Assembly (NCBI RefSeq): GCF_030144855.1
Contig: NC_082734.1
Location: 30,504,001-30,568,000 of the forward strand
Source: Hypanus sabinus
Taxonomy: Eukaryota
Direction of reading: 5' to 3'
Length of the DNA: 64,000 nt
Notes under the pieces: generated by a model
Databases searched by the model: none
Seen by the model: the letters and a program-made list of their open reading frames with translations, nothing else
Told to the model about the DNA's origin: nothing
Program-made: the position numbers and the translations under genes
Part shown: piece after piece, positions 24,221-36,496 of the stretch
How positions within the stretch are numbered: position 1 is the first letter of the stretch
How the letters are laid out: each line of letters starts with the position of its first letter

Positions 24221-25249
24221 TGAGGTGAACTGACAGACAGAAGTAACAAGCAGTTGTGTTTGAGATACCCATACACAAAATCCTTTCCTTTTTCTACCCT
24301 GTAGGAAGTGTGCAATGGATGTTGATGCACCAAAGACTACATTTCCCCAAGATAATTTTAGTTTTTATCGTGACCTCTGATATCTCACTGTTACAGCCAG
24401 GTTCAACATAAATTTGGAGGAACAACACTTCGTCTTCTAACTGGCACAATTCAGGCATCAGGACACAACATCAAATTCTCTGTATCAGAATGGATCATTT
24501 CTGCTCTTCATCAATCTGTGATGGCTCAGTTTGCCTCTCTCCATTAGTAGAGAAGGAGCAGGACTGTGACTGCAATCCTCCTCGTCGTTTGCATCTTCCT
24601 GTGCCCACATCAGAGTTACTGGAGTTGTCAGTGGAAGGATTGACGGGATAAACAGATCAAATAAATTGATTCCAACTCTCTGAAAGGACAAACAATACAG
24701 CAGCGGGAACAGGCCCTTAGGTCCACCACGCTTGTGCTGAGCATATTGACAATCGAAGCCAATTCCATCTGCCTGTACATGGTGTTATAAGCATCAACCC
24801 CTTATTAATAATGATCTGAGAGAGACAGAGAGACTCTGTAAATAACAAGTAACTTTCATTGTCTCTACTAAAAGGTAAGTGGGTTCACAAAACTACCCAT
24901 GTACCCACCCAATAGAATTTCCTGACGCTCTATGCACCGTCAATGAAGAGGAAAGGTATTACCCAGGAAAGGAGTCTATGCTGGCCTTGTGCTGTTCCTT
25001 GTGCTCCCAGTTTCCATGTGTCTGTGTGATGGTTGTTCTCTAAGCGCTGTTACATATTTGGGGCTCCCGACTCCCTGATGGATCTCCATCCCATTGCCTC
25101 GAGGTCACCTGCTTACTGGCTCTGGTCCAGGGCTATAACCCCCATTTTTCTGTTTCCTCCACGCCCCTCCCCCCTCCAGCCTCATGCCTTTCTTCCTTTC
25201 AACTGAGTGGGTCAAGCTCGTTCAATTCGGTGACCCAGACAAGGTGACA

Positions 25250-25800
25250 AAGATGCAGAAAGAGCACGTCGGGCAGACAAAGATTAGCATAGGGAAGAGA
25301 AAAAGATGAAAAGTAAAGTTGCAGTTTCAAAGAGAACACTAATCTCCATGCTGTTCATAAATCTGATAATGATGAGAGTCACATGAAACTGTGTAGCCTT
25401 GTGACTTTCAGTCTGAACAAACAAAGGACAAGCAATATGGTTTATGCCAGAAGAGAACGGCAAATTAAAATGGAATTGGACACTGGTTCAGCTGTTTCAG
25501 TCATTCCACAAAATGAGTTTGGATGGCATTTCAAAGGTACTGAACTGAAGCCTGCAGATATCCAACTAAGAACTTAATTTGAGAAAAGATAACTCCCATG
25601 GGAATGACATTTGTGACAGTGAAAGACAACAACCAACAAGCCACTTGATTTTGCATGTGGTAAAAACAGGAAGGCCAACATTGTGGGGACATGATTGGCT
25701 GAGACAACTACAACTTGATTGGAGATCCATCCACCAATTGCCTGCCACATCTACTGCAATGAAACCAAATTAAGGAAGATACTGGATGATGCCACAACTG
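25250..25800 (+). mobile_element. Gypsy protease fragment
   Basis: IKMELDTGSAVSVIPQ...LRT; PTLWGHDWLRQLQLDW. Confidence 0.8.
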
Positions 25801-26084
25801 ACTCCATGCCAAGCACCATGAACCATTGCCCAACAAAGGGCTAACAGGTGTTGGTGCCAACCTCTGTGGCTATGGTTGGAAAACAGTGGTCTGACTACAA
25901 CAGTTTTCATAGGCAACATATCTGAGAACGCTTTAGATATTTTAGTCAAGCAGTGACTTGCGAGATGTGGCTTGGTTTTAATCTGGAACAGAGTTCAAGG
26001 AGCTTCAAGTAAGTTGCAAGCTTTCAGCTTTTGTGAGTATTCAGAACCAGAATCAACTCTGAGTGCATTAAGGTTATTGCATTG

Positions 26085-26810
26085 AGTTCAAAGTCAAAAG
26101 TCAAAGTAATGAGCAGAGTACATACATGTCACCATATACAACCCTGAGGTCCTTTTTCAGCAGGCATACTTAGCAAATCTATAGAACAGTAACTGTAAAC
26201 ATCAGGGACTATAAACTGTAAACAAACTGCAAATGCAGATATAAATAAATAGCAAAAAAACAAGAAGCATGAAATGACAATATAAAAGAGTCCTTTAACG
26301 AGTGTAGCTATCTCCTTTTGTTCAGGAGCATGATTGATGGCTGAGGGGAAGTAACTGTTCTTGAACCTTGTGGTGCAAGTCCTGGGGCTCCTGTACCTTC
26401 CACCAGATGGCAGCAGTGAGAAAAGAGCTTGGCCTGGGTGGTGAGGATCTTTGATGATCTATGCTGCTTTCCTATGGCAACGTTTTATGTAGATATGCAC
26501 AATGGTTGGGATAGTTTTGCCCGTGATGTACTGGGCTGAATCCACTACCTTCTGGAGGATTTTCTGCTCAAAGGCAATTGGTGTTCCCGTACCAGGTTGT
26601 AATGCAGCCAGTCTGCACACTTTCCACCACACATCTATAGAAGTCTGCCAATGTTTTCAATGACATGCTGAAACTCTGCAGGCTCTTGAGCAAGTAGAGG
26701 CGCTGTCATACTTTATTTGCAATAATTTTACATGATTGGTCCAGCACAAGTCCTTCAAGATAGTGACACCCAGGAATTTAATGTTAATGACCCTCTGTAC
26801 CCCAATCCTC
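26085..26810 (-). mobile_element. Decayed Rex1-like 3' fragment
   Basis: Nucleotide similarity to 23090-23520; short-repeat tail at 26085-26107. Confidence 0.65.
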
Positions 26811-26919
26811 CAGGGACACATCAGTCCGGGGGACACTGATCATTGGATCTCTACCCCAAATTACACTGTGTCTGGGCAGCTTGGTTTGATCTTCCTCTGT
26901 GTCTGACGACAGGTCCAAT

Positions 26920-27380
26920 CTGGGGAGAGGGTGGGGGAACGGGGAGGATGGGAGGGAGGGCTGCAGTGGGGGGGGGGAAGAGAAGGGGGAAGGAAGGCGG
27001 AGAGTAAAAGGTAGGGGAGGGGAGGCAGAAAGTGATATGAGAGTGGGAAGGGTATGAGGGAGGGTGGGCTATAGGAAAGTGGGGAGGGATGGAGTGTGGG
27101 GAGTGAGAGGCTGGAGGCAAGGAACAGGATGAGTGAGTGGGGGAAAGTAGGGGAGGGGGAAGGTGTAAGCTGGATGGCTGAAGTTGTGGGGAAGAGGGGT
27201 TAGTAGTTGAGAGTGTTGGGATTAGGGGAGGGGGAAAAAGAGCTGGTGGTTGAGCAGTGGCAAAGGGTAGGGTCTGGATGAGGAGTGGGAGGAATTGTTT
27301 GGGTGAGGGTGATAAGGTAGGAAGGGAGTTTATGGTAGAGGCAGGGAGGAAATGTTGGATGAGGGGGCTTAAGAGGGAGG
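26920..27380 (+). repeat. G/A-rich low-complexity tract
   Basis: Dense runs of GGG/GGGG and AG. Confidence 0.8.
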
Positions 27381-27949
27381 GACAGTCTGGCCCAGGGATA
27401 CAGGTTGTGGGTGGAAATTGACTATGGTGTCGAGTGAGGTCCAGTGACAATGTTGGACAGGCCAGAGTCCGTGAGGCTCCGTGCTCAGGTCCCTACATCT
27501 CTTCCTTCCACTGTCCTGTAATCTGTATCCCTATAACATTCCCCCCATCCCCCCTCCCAAAACAGAACCATTTTTACGGTGGGTGGGTTGGGAGGGAAAG
27601 ACTGAAGGCAGAAACTGACCCATAGCAGCACACATTTGCATGGCCACCTTGATGGTAAACTTCTACCCATAACTTCAGTCTATCCATCCTCTACACCCGC
27701 CACCTTCTTCCCCACATCCCTTCCCTTCCCTCACCCTCTTCCCTCCTCCACCTGTCTCAGCCCCTACCTCTCACTCCCCCCCCCCCCGCCCCTGGATCTG
27801 ACTCTCCCAGTGGGAGACACATGGCTGAGAACATTAGCTTATGAGGTACTACAGCCTGATTGGTCACCTGATTGGTCAGCCTGATGGGGTCGCAGAATAG
27901 GATTGGTTGTGTTAGGTGTGGAGTCCCAAATAGACACCATTATGGTCTC

Positions 27950-29152
27950 ACACATTGAGAACTCCCATCTACAGCAGTCAAACTCCTAGATCCCTTTCTC
28001 TGTACTACTTGTTTCTACCTCCTACACAAGATCCACAAATTTGATGGTCTGGGTAGGACCACTGACTCTAACTGCCCAATTGAACATGTGTCGTCCATTG
28101 TACCCCACTCGCCTCAGTCCCTTTCCACCCACAGCCGTGATGCTTCACATGCCCTCAATCTCCTCAACAACTTTCAACTCCCTGGCCCTAACCACTTCAT
28201 TTTTACCATGGATGTCCATCGAGGAGGTCTCTTCCCCCACCACTTCTTTCTCAAAAAAAGAACCAATCAGTTTCCCTCCAGCACCACCCTCCTCTGTCTT
28301 GCAGAACTGGTCTTCATCCTCAAGGATTTCTCCTTCAGCTCCTTGCACTTCCTCCAAACTCGAGCTATACCTGCCTTTCTCATTGCTTACATAGACCAGT
28401 CCAAGTCCCAAGACTTCCCTGATAATAGACTCCAACTCTTCCTCTGCTATATTAAGGGCTACTTTGATGCGGCTTCATATATCCATGCTAAACTCGTCAA
28501 TTTCATCAACTTTGACTTCCCGCCCTTGGTCCATTTCTGATACCCCTATGCCCTTTCTTGATCTCTCCATCTCTGTCTCTGGAGACAAACTCTCTACCGA
28601 CATCTTTTTATAAACCTATCAATTCCTACAGCTATCTTGACCTTATCCCTTCCAATCAGATCTCCTGCAGAAAATGCAATTCCCTTTCCTCAGTTCCTTC
28701 ATCTCCTCTAGATTTGTTCATAGAATGTGTCTTTCCTATCCAGAACATCACAGATATGGTCTTTTTTTTTCAAAGAATGAGGTTGCTCGGCCTCTACCAT
28801 TGAGTCTGCCCTCAGCAACATCTCTTCCATTTCCTGGGCATCTCACTCACCCCATCTTCCTGGCACTTTAACTGGGATAGAGTTCTTCTTGCCCTCACCT
28901 ACCATCCCATGAGCCTACATTTCCAACAAGATTCTCTGGAACTTCCACCACCTTCAATGGGATCCTAACATCAAACACATCTTTACCTTCCCCCAACTCT
29001 CCACCTCCTGCAGGAATCGCTTCCTCCATGATTCCCTTGTCCATTTGTCCCTCTCCACTATCTCACTCCTAGCACATATTCCTGCAAGTGACAGAAATGC
29101 TACACCTGCCCACTTACCTCTATTCAGGACCCTAAACAATCCTTCCAGGTGA
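27950..29152 (+). mobile_element. Decayed Penelope-like element (RT region), truncated at the Gmr1 junction
   Basis: HSRDASHALNLLNNFQ...IFTMDV; YKPINSYSYLD; homologous to 38937-39635. Confidence 0.8.
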
Positions 29153-32100
29153 ACTTTTTCATCTTACTCAGAAAAACTAACGGATTATGATCAGTGTAAA
29201 CAATAAGTGGTTTTTGAGCTGTACCAACATATACCTCAAAATATTCTAAAGCTAAAACAAGAGATAACAATTCCTTCTCTATTGTCGAATAGTTTCTTTG
29301 ATGCTTATTAAATTTCTTAGAAAAGTAAGCTACTGGATGATCAGCCTCATCACCCTCATTCCTTTGCATTAATACTGCTCCTGCAGCCTCATCACTAGCA
29401 TCTACAGCTAATGAAAAAGGTTTTTCAAAGTCAGGTGCCTTAAGCTCAGGTTGTTGACATATCATAGTTTTCAATTTTTCAAATGCTTCTTGACAAGGCA
29501 CTATCCACACAAACTTCACATTCTTCTTCAAAAGTTTAGTTAATGGAAGGGCAACATTAGCAAAATTCTTACAAAATTTTTGATAATATCCTACCATTCC
29601 CAAGAATCTTCTGAGAGTTTTTTTTCCCCGTTGGAGTGGGAATCTCTAAAATTGCCCGAACTTTTGCCTGAACAGGAGCTACCTTACCTTGACCCACAAC
29701 ATAACCAAGGTAAGTCACACTGGCATGTCCAAATTCTCTCTTAGCTAAATTAATAGTTAAATTAGCTTTTGAAAGCCTTTTAAACAATTTCTCCACCGCA
29801 ATAATGTGTGCTTCCCAAGTATCATTACCTGTCACTAAATCATCAATATAAGCATCAGTATTTTTCAATCCCTGAATCACAGAGTTAATCATCCTCTGGA
29901 AAGTTACCTGGGGCATTCATAGAAGAATATTATATTCATACAGCCCAGATGGAGTTACAAATGCAGAGATCTCTCTACCTCTGTCTGTTAATGGAACAGA
30001 CCAATACCCTTTCAATAAATCAATCTTTGTAAGGAACTTTGCTTTTCCAACTTTATCAACACAATCATCTACACTAGGAATTGGATATGCATCTGTATTT
30101 GTTACAGCATTCACCTTCCTATAGTCCGTACAAAACCTAATACTACCATCTGGTTTTGGCACCATAACACAGGGTGAACTCCAATTCGAGTTAGAAGGTC
30201 TAATGATATTATTCTCTAACATATATTTAATTTCTTTCTCAGCAAGTTCACATTTTTCTATGTTCATCCGATATGGGTGTTGTTTAATAGGTTTGGCATC
30301 TCCAACATCTACATCATGTGAAGCTATAGTAGTCCTTCTCAGAACATCTGGAAACAAATCTTTATATTTAAAAATTAATTTCTTCATCTGTTGTTTCTGC
30401 TCTAGCTGTAAATGTGCTAGTTTCCCATCAATATTTTCCAGAATGGTTGAATTTGGTAACCTAACAGAAACAATGTTGGATTTAGAATGAAATTCAGATG
30501 AATCATCTATCATGTTCCTAGTTAAATCAAACTCATTATCATTAACCACAACAGTCACAGTATCAGATTGTTTCTCAAAATATGTTTTTGTCATATTTAT
30601 ATGGCAAAATTGTGTTGGCCTTTTACGATCTGGAGTTTTTATCACGTAATCCACATAATTGATTTTAGACACAATTTCATAAGGACCATGAAATCTAGCT
30701 TGTAAAGGATTCGTTTGCACTGGGAAAAGAACCAGCACCTTATCTCCAGGCTTAAACATCCTCATCCTAGCTTCTTTATCATACCAATTTTTCATTTTCT
30801 CCTGAGCCAATTTTAAATTTTCCTTGGCTAAGCTACAACGTTTATGTAACCTGTCCTTAAATTTCAAAACATAGTCCAACAAATTAGTGTGTATTTCCTT
30901 ACTAATCCACTGTTCTTTTGATAAAGTTAAAGGTCCTCTAACTCTATGCCCAAATACAAGTTCAAATGGACTGAAACCTAAAGATTCTTGAACCGATTCC
31001 CTTACTGCAAATAAAAGTAAGTTTATACCCTCATCCCCATCACTTTCATTTTCCACACAATATGTCCTAATCATATTCTTGAGGGTAGAATGAAATGTCT
31101 CCAAGGCACCTTGCGATTCTGGATGGTATGCAGATGAAGTGATCTGTTTAGCTCCCAATTTATAAACTATCTGTTGAATCAATCCAGACATAAAATTACT
31201 GCCTTGATCCGTTTGTATTTCCTTAGGTAATCCAAAATAAGTAAAGAATTTTATAAGGGCCTTTGTCACAGTTTTAGCTTTTATATTCCTCTGGAAACCT
31301 AGATGAAGTACACATAATAGTCAACAAGTACTGATAACCAGTTTTTGTCTTTGGTAATGGACCAACATAATCTATAATAACTTTAGAAAACAGCTCACCA
31401 AATGCTGGAATAGGTTGTAATGGAGCTGGTGTAACTTAATTTGGTTTACCCACAATTTGACAAGTATGGCACGTTTTACAAAACATCGCCACATCTTTTC
31501 TTAGACCAGGCCAGTAAAAATGTTTTTAAATCTTGTCCAGTTTTCCTTACCCCTTGATGTCCACCTAAAGGCACACTATGAGCTAAAGTCAAAATCTCAT
31601 TTCGATAAACTTTAGGGACAACTACCTGGTAAACAATATTCCATTCCTCACTTGCAGGAATTGTAGGTGATCTCCACTTCCTCATTAACACCCCTTTTTC
31701 CAAGTAATACCCTACTGGCACCTTCTCAATTTCACTATCTAGTAGAGCTTGTTCTCTAAATTTTATAATCTCAGGGTCTCCATTCTGCTCTGCTATCATC
31801 TCCTTCCGAAACAGAGATAAATCTTCATAGTCAGACTTACTCCAAGAATCTTGTTCAAACAACGAAGGTAAGAAAGTCTCTGACACATCCTCAAAACTCG
31901 AATCCTGAGTTGAACAGTCGTGAGTAACAACCTCATTCTGCACATCAATCTTTTTAGCCATAGCTCTAGTCACAACACAGGAAGAATCTGTGTTAGAATT
32001 CATCTCTGGTTCCTTTGACTCCATTGTCAAATGCACTTCAGGAAAACCTTGTCCACCTGCTAAGTCATTACCTAAAGAAATAGCCTTCACAGGTAAGCTA

Positions 32101-33530
32101 GGCTGTAATCCTACTTTATCAAATCCTGTAACTAACCCTGACTTTAAATTTACTTTATGTAAATGTACAGGCATTAAATCACTCCCAACACCTCGTATAT
32201 AATTTACCTCACCAGTATCAGACTCTTCATTAAACATCAATACACTGTCTAACATCAGTGATTGAGAAGCTCCAGTATCCCTAAGGATTTTTATTGGCAC
32301 CAGAGTAGATCTTTCTTTCAAGGATACAAACCCTTCAGTTATAAAATGATCATATCCCTTTTTAACTTGGTCAGACTCTAACAAAACCTCATTTGTGTTT
32401 ATCGAACCCTGTAATTTTACAGGTGCTTCAGTATGTTGCACACAAGCATCTGGAACTTTTTCCTTCTCTTTCTTTTTCAATTGGAAACAGTTAGCTATTA
32501 CATGGCCAGGTTTCTTACAATAGTTACAAATAGGACCAAACTGTCTTTCCTTCACAGGTTTTCCTTCCTCCTTACCTTTCTCATTAACTTCTGATTTACC
32601 TTGAGTCTCTGTGTTATTTTTCCTCTTCAAAATTCTGCCCTGAGGAAATTTAATCTTATGGATTAAAACATACTCATCAGCTAATCTAGCAGAGTCCTGT
32701 AATGTATCAGTATTCCTCTCATTTAAGTAGGTCCTTACTTCAACAGGGATGCTTCTTTTAAATTCCTCCATTAAAATCAGCTCTTTCAATATATCATAGT
32801 CCCCATTTACATTTTTAGAGGAAACCCATCTCTCAAAACACACAGCTTTATCATAGGCAAATTCCACATGTTTTTTCCACAGATTTCTTCAAACTTCTGA
32901 ATCTTTCTCTACACGCTTCTGGGACCAATTCGTATGCTTTCAAAATATGCTTTTTCACAATATCATAATCAAGTGCTTGCACAGCAGTTAAAGCTGTATA
33001 AACTTGTTGTGCTTTGTCTTTAATTACACTCTGTAACAACACTGACCATTTATCTTTCAGCCACTCTGAAATCTGAGCAATCATTTCAAAATGTTGGAAA
33101 TATCTTTCCACTTCTGTTTCACTAAATGGAGGAACCAATTTAATTTCTTGACTAGCAACAAACGGTTTTCTAGAACCAGAAGACTGATTCCCAGACTTTA
33201 ATTCCATCATCGCATATTCAAATTCCCATTTTTTATTATCAGCTTCTAACCTATGACACTCCAATTCTGCTTTACTTTGTTCCAACTTCATTTGTTCGAT
33301 TTGCAACTGCATCTCCAGATTACTTATTGGAAACGACTCTAAAATCGATTCATCAAAATCACCCGAATCCACATAGTGTGACGTGATTTTTCTCTCTATT
33401 AGAGCCTTTGATGTAGACTTCAAATTACCTTTAAGTTGCAATCTACTAGCTATCTCAGACACCTGTTTTTTTTTTTTGCCTTCGCTAACAGCTCTGCATC
33501 TGGCGAAGCCAGAAACTTATCAATATTCAT
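29153..33530 (-). pseudogene. Frameshifted gag-pol of the Gmr1-like element
   Basis: ORFs 32851-33462, 31476-32867, 29917-31269, 29569-29916 and 29124-29603 tile one polyprotein. Confidence 0.9.
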
Positions 33531-33639
33531 TGTTGCCGAATAACACTCACAAAAGCCAATCAAACAAAAGAATCGAGTATTCCCCTTTTCCAAAACACCA
33601 AATCAAAATTTAACAAGCATTTAAACTCAAAAATGATTG

Positions 33640-33657
33640 ATCCCAGACGAGCCCCCA
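33640..33657 (-). other. Primer-binding site, tRNA-Pro
   Basis: TGGGGGCTCGTCTGGGAT, 17/18 to the standard tRNA-Pro PBS TGGGGGCTCGTCCGGGAT, 6 nt after the LTR end. Confidence 0.9.
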
Positions 33658-33663
33658 TATTTA

Positions 33664-34507
33664 TGTTACGGATTCAGCAACAATAACTATATGAGTGAGG
33701 CAGGGATTTTTATAACAAATAAAACATTTATTAATCACTGAAAACCAAACCCCCAAAAGTAAACAAACCACTAACGTAACCAGAAATCAGCTGCTGTGCG
33801 GCAGCTTAAACAGTTCTTAAAGCGATGTTGCAAAAACAGTTCTTCAAAGTAGTATTGCAAAAGTTCAAAATGCTTACAGTCCATTTAAGGGAGAGACTTT
33901 TCAAGATGATTTAAATTCTCTTTTACGTCATGTTGCTGCGTTTCCCAGTCGAACTACTTTTCCCACGAAGAATTTACAAATTTGGAAAATGAAACGGCTT
34001 AAAGGCACTGACCTTTCCTTTACAAAACTGTTCCCAGTCCTTTCTGCTATTCACAGGGATTAACACGGGGACAGTCAACGAATTCCTTCTGAATGAGGAT
34101 CAAACAAGGTCGAACCTGTTTCACCATCGAAACTGACTTTCCTCGATCTTTTAACTCCCGTTCACTCTCCACTGATTTTTAACTAGCAGTATTATAAAGA
34201 AACTGCTGGCAATGACCTTTTAAACTTTAGGCATTAAATAAAACTCCATCTTTCAACTAAACTGCGTTATTACATTAAATCACGCAGTGGCATGAAGTCA
34301 ACATGGCAAATCGAGCCACAAACTGTCCCTCCTCACAGGGAGGGGTCCTCCTTTTATACCCTGTAAAAAAAACCTGTCACATGACCTCTACTGGTGGGGA
34401 AAATGACGTCACTCCACTATCACAAGACCATTACCTCAAGTCCAGTATAGCTTCAACCCCAGTCACGTGACAAGTACGCCACTGTCACGTGTCACGGGTA
34501 CGTAACA
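33664..34507 (-). repeat. 5' LTR of the Gmr1-like element
   Basis: TGTTAC...GTAACA termini; TATA-like TATAAAA and AATAAA on the minus strand; PBS adjacent. Confidence 0.9.
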
Positions 34508-34574
34508 ACCAATGGCTCCTCAATCATTGAGGGAGAAACTTGAATGGCTGGTTGGGATTTTGTTGCAGAAGATG

Positions 34575-34970
34575 ACTCAGTCTTTTTTCCTTGGAGTGAC
34601 AGAGGATGAGAGGTGACCTGATAGAGGTGTATAAGATGATGAGAGGCATTGATCGTATGGATAGTCAGAGGCTTTTTCCCAGGCTGAAATGGCTAACATG
34701 AAAGGACACCATTTTGAGGTGCTTGGAAGTAGGTAGACAGGGGTACGTTTTTTATGCAGAAAGTGGTGAGTGCATGGAATGGGCTGCCGACAACGGTGGT
34801 GGAGGCGGATATGATCTGATACATGGTGGGGACTCCTGGATAGATACATGGAGCTTAGAAAAATAGAGGGCTATGGATAACCTTGGGTAATTTCTAAATA
34901 AGTACATGTTCGGCACAGCATTGTGAGCCAAAGGGCCTGTATTGTGCTGTAGGTTTTCTATGTTTCTATG
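34575..34970 (+). mobile_element. CR1 3' end with TTTCTATG tail
   Basis: Mirror of 14020-14440. Confidence 0.85.
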
Positions 34971-34984
34971 AAGAGAAAGTCTCA

Positions 34985-35130
34985 GGAAACCTGGCTCCTA
35001 ATACTCAGCACAACAGGCAGAACTGAAAGCTTTAATTGAAACCTGTAAGACAGCAAAAGAATAATCAGCTAATATCTATATGGATTCTCAATAGGCTTTT
35101 GGAGTTGTCCAAGACTTTGGAAATTTATGA
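34985..35130 (+). mobile_element. Endogenous retrovirus (class I-like) RNase H scrap
   Basis: SAQQAELKALIETCKTAKE*SANIYMDSQ*AFGVVQDFGNL matches the retroviral SAQxAEL...NIYTDSxYAFGVVHDFG. Confidence 0.7.
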
Positions 35131-35357
35131 ATCTCAGTGTCTTTTGTGGAGACATATTTGTACACTAATAATAAAATTCTCTTCTATAGTTTGATATACG
35201 TCGCGGACTTATAAAACAGCAAATAAATTTAACAAATATTTTACGTCCATGTTGTTGGGAGAAGAAGTCAGAAACATGTATATTTATAGATAGATACATA
35301 CATTAACTGTATATTGGTGGGTGGGGGGGGGTGTCAGGTTGGCAGTAATGTAGTCCC

Positions 35358-35580
35358 ATGTACACTGACCAGTGTCTTTCAGTCACTCTCTCAGGGAGAT
35401 ATCTATACAGTGACCTGTGTCTCTCAGTCCTTCTCTCTCAGGGGGAAATTGGTACACTAATGGTCTCTCTCAGTTACACCCTCTCAGGGTGATATCTGTA
35501 CACTGACCGGTGTCTCTTGTTTGTTCTCCCCCATGGGATTATCTGTTCACTAACCAATGTCACTGGCTTCCTCTCTCTGA
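35358..35580 (+). repeat. Degenerate copies of the ~47-bp minisatellite
   Basis: TGTACACTGACC...CTCTCAG units like those at 42700-45285. Confidence 0.75.
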
Positions 35581-35769
35581 GAGTGGCCCAAGTCGGAAAA
35601 TAAAGAGGAGAAGAAGGGAATTTTTTTTTACTGTAAGGAGAAATCAATATTCATGTCATCTGGTTTGGGGCTAACGGAATATGAGGTGTTGCTGCTTCAC
35701 CCTCAGGATGCCTTCATTTTGAGACAAGATAAGGCGATGGATCAAATGCGCCCCTGTGTGTAGGGGACA

Positions 35770-36070
35770 ACGTACACTAGTGACTTGGTGCGCAGGGGGT
35801 GACAGTGTACCCCAGTGACTGGGTGTGCGGGGGAAAGTGTACCCCAGTGATTGGGAGAATGGGGACAGTGTTCCCCAGTGACTGGGAGGCAATGTATCCC
35901 AGTGACTGGGAATGTGGGACAGTGTACCCCAGTGACTGGGAGGCAATGTATCCCAGTGACTGGGAATGTGGGACAGTGTACCCCAGTGACCAGGTGAATA
36001 GGGGACAGAGTACCCCAGTGATTGGGAGTGTTCTCCAGTGACTGGGGTGGGACAGTGTACCCCAGTGTAT
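35770..36070 (+). repeat. Minisatellite with CCCAGTGACTGGG palindromic core (54-bp higher-order period in the centre)
   Basis: Unit GGACAGTGTACCCCAGTGACTGGGAGGCAATGTATCCCAGTGACTGGGAATGTG repeated; 18-aa periodicity in the overlapping ORFs. Confidence 0.9.
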
Positions 36071-36207
36071 CTGTATGTCGGATTGTATGTTTCTGTGTTG
36101 AGGTGAAGCTGGTCCCAGTGGACCGATGGGTTCACTTCCCCAGTATCATTGTGCAAAGCTGCGTGTTTTCGTGTTGAGGTGAGGGTGGTCCGAGCAGATC
36201 AATGGGT

Positions 36208-36334
36208 TCAGTGCCTCAGTTTCTCCTTTCCCTGGAGAAATGTGTCTGCCATTGTCCTTTCGTTCCCCTCAGGAGGCTGCCGGCCTTTCCTCATGCACTC
36301 AAATCTCTGTAAATGGTGTCCATCTCTGTTGGAA
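36208..36334 (-). CDS. Putative terminal cytoplasmic exon of the same gene (frame and stop uncertain)
   Basis: Strong acceptor cctctgctttctctcccacAG closing a 162-nt intron after the TM exon; non-TE sequence. Confidence 0.4.
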
Positions 36335-36496
36335 CTGTGGGAGAGAAAGCAGAGGTGATGGGATATGTATTGAAACCTTGTTCTTCTGCACCCTATGTAA
36401 ACCCCTCTGTTCAAACCCAATTTCAATATCATCCCACTCCTGCCCTCTCCCTCTGTCCCCCAGTCACCAGTCTCACGGACTGGGTGTCAGACCCAC

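Larger units (their letters stand above)
29153..34507 (-). mobile_element. Gmr1-like Ty3/Gypsy LTR retrotransposon (5' LTR, gag, PR-IN-RT-RH; 3' LTR missing)
   Basis: Minus-strand order: LTR, gag (ATG ~33530), CNYCKKPGHVIANC, LRDTGASQS, HHCC (LAHS..GGH..CHTC), D-D-E (IIDY, TDQGSNF, SQGALE), RT (FCTDYRKVN, AYIDD), RNase H (AVDASD, EKELL, TDHNPL); several frameshifts. Confidence 0.95.

Noticed and set aside
24783-25055. Possible solo LTR (TGTTAT...GTTACA)
   Set aside because: No matching TSD found; boundaries not defensible
26900-26925. CTGACGA hammerhead-like core
   Set aside because: No stem II or downstream GAAA
26851-27450. 199-aa Pro-rich ORF
   Set aside because: Product of a C-rich low-complexity strand lacking stops
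35671-36156. Repetitive 161-aa ORF and the repetitive ORFs at 44550-45371
   Set aside because: Translations of minisatellites
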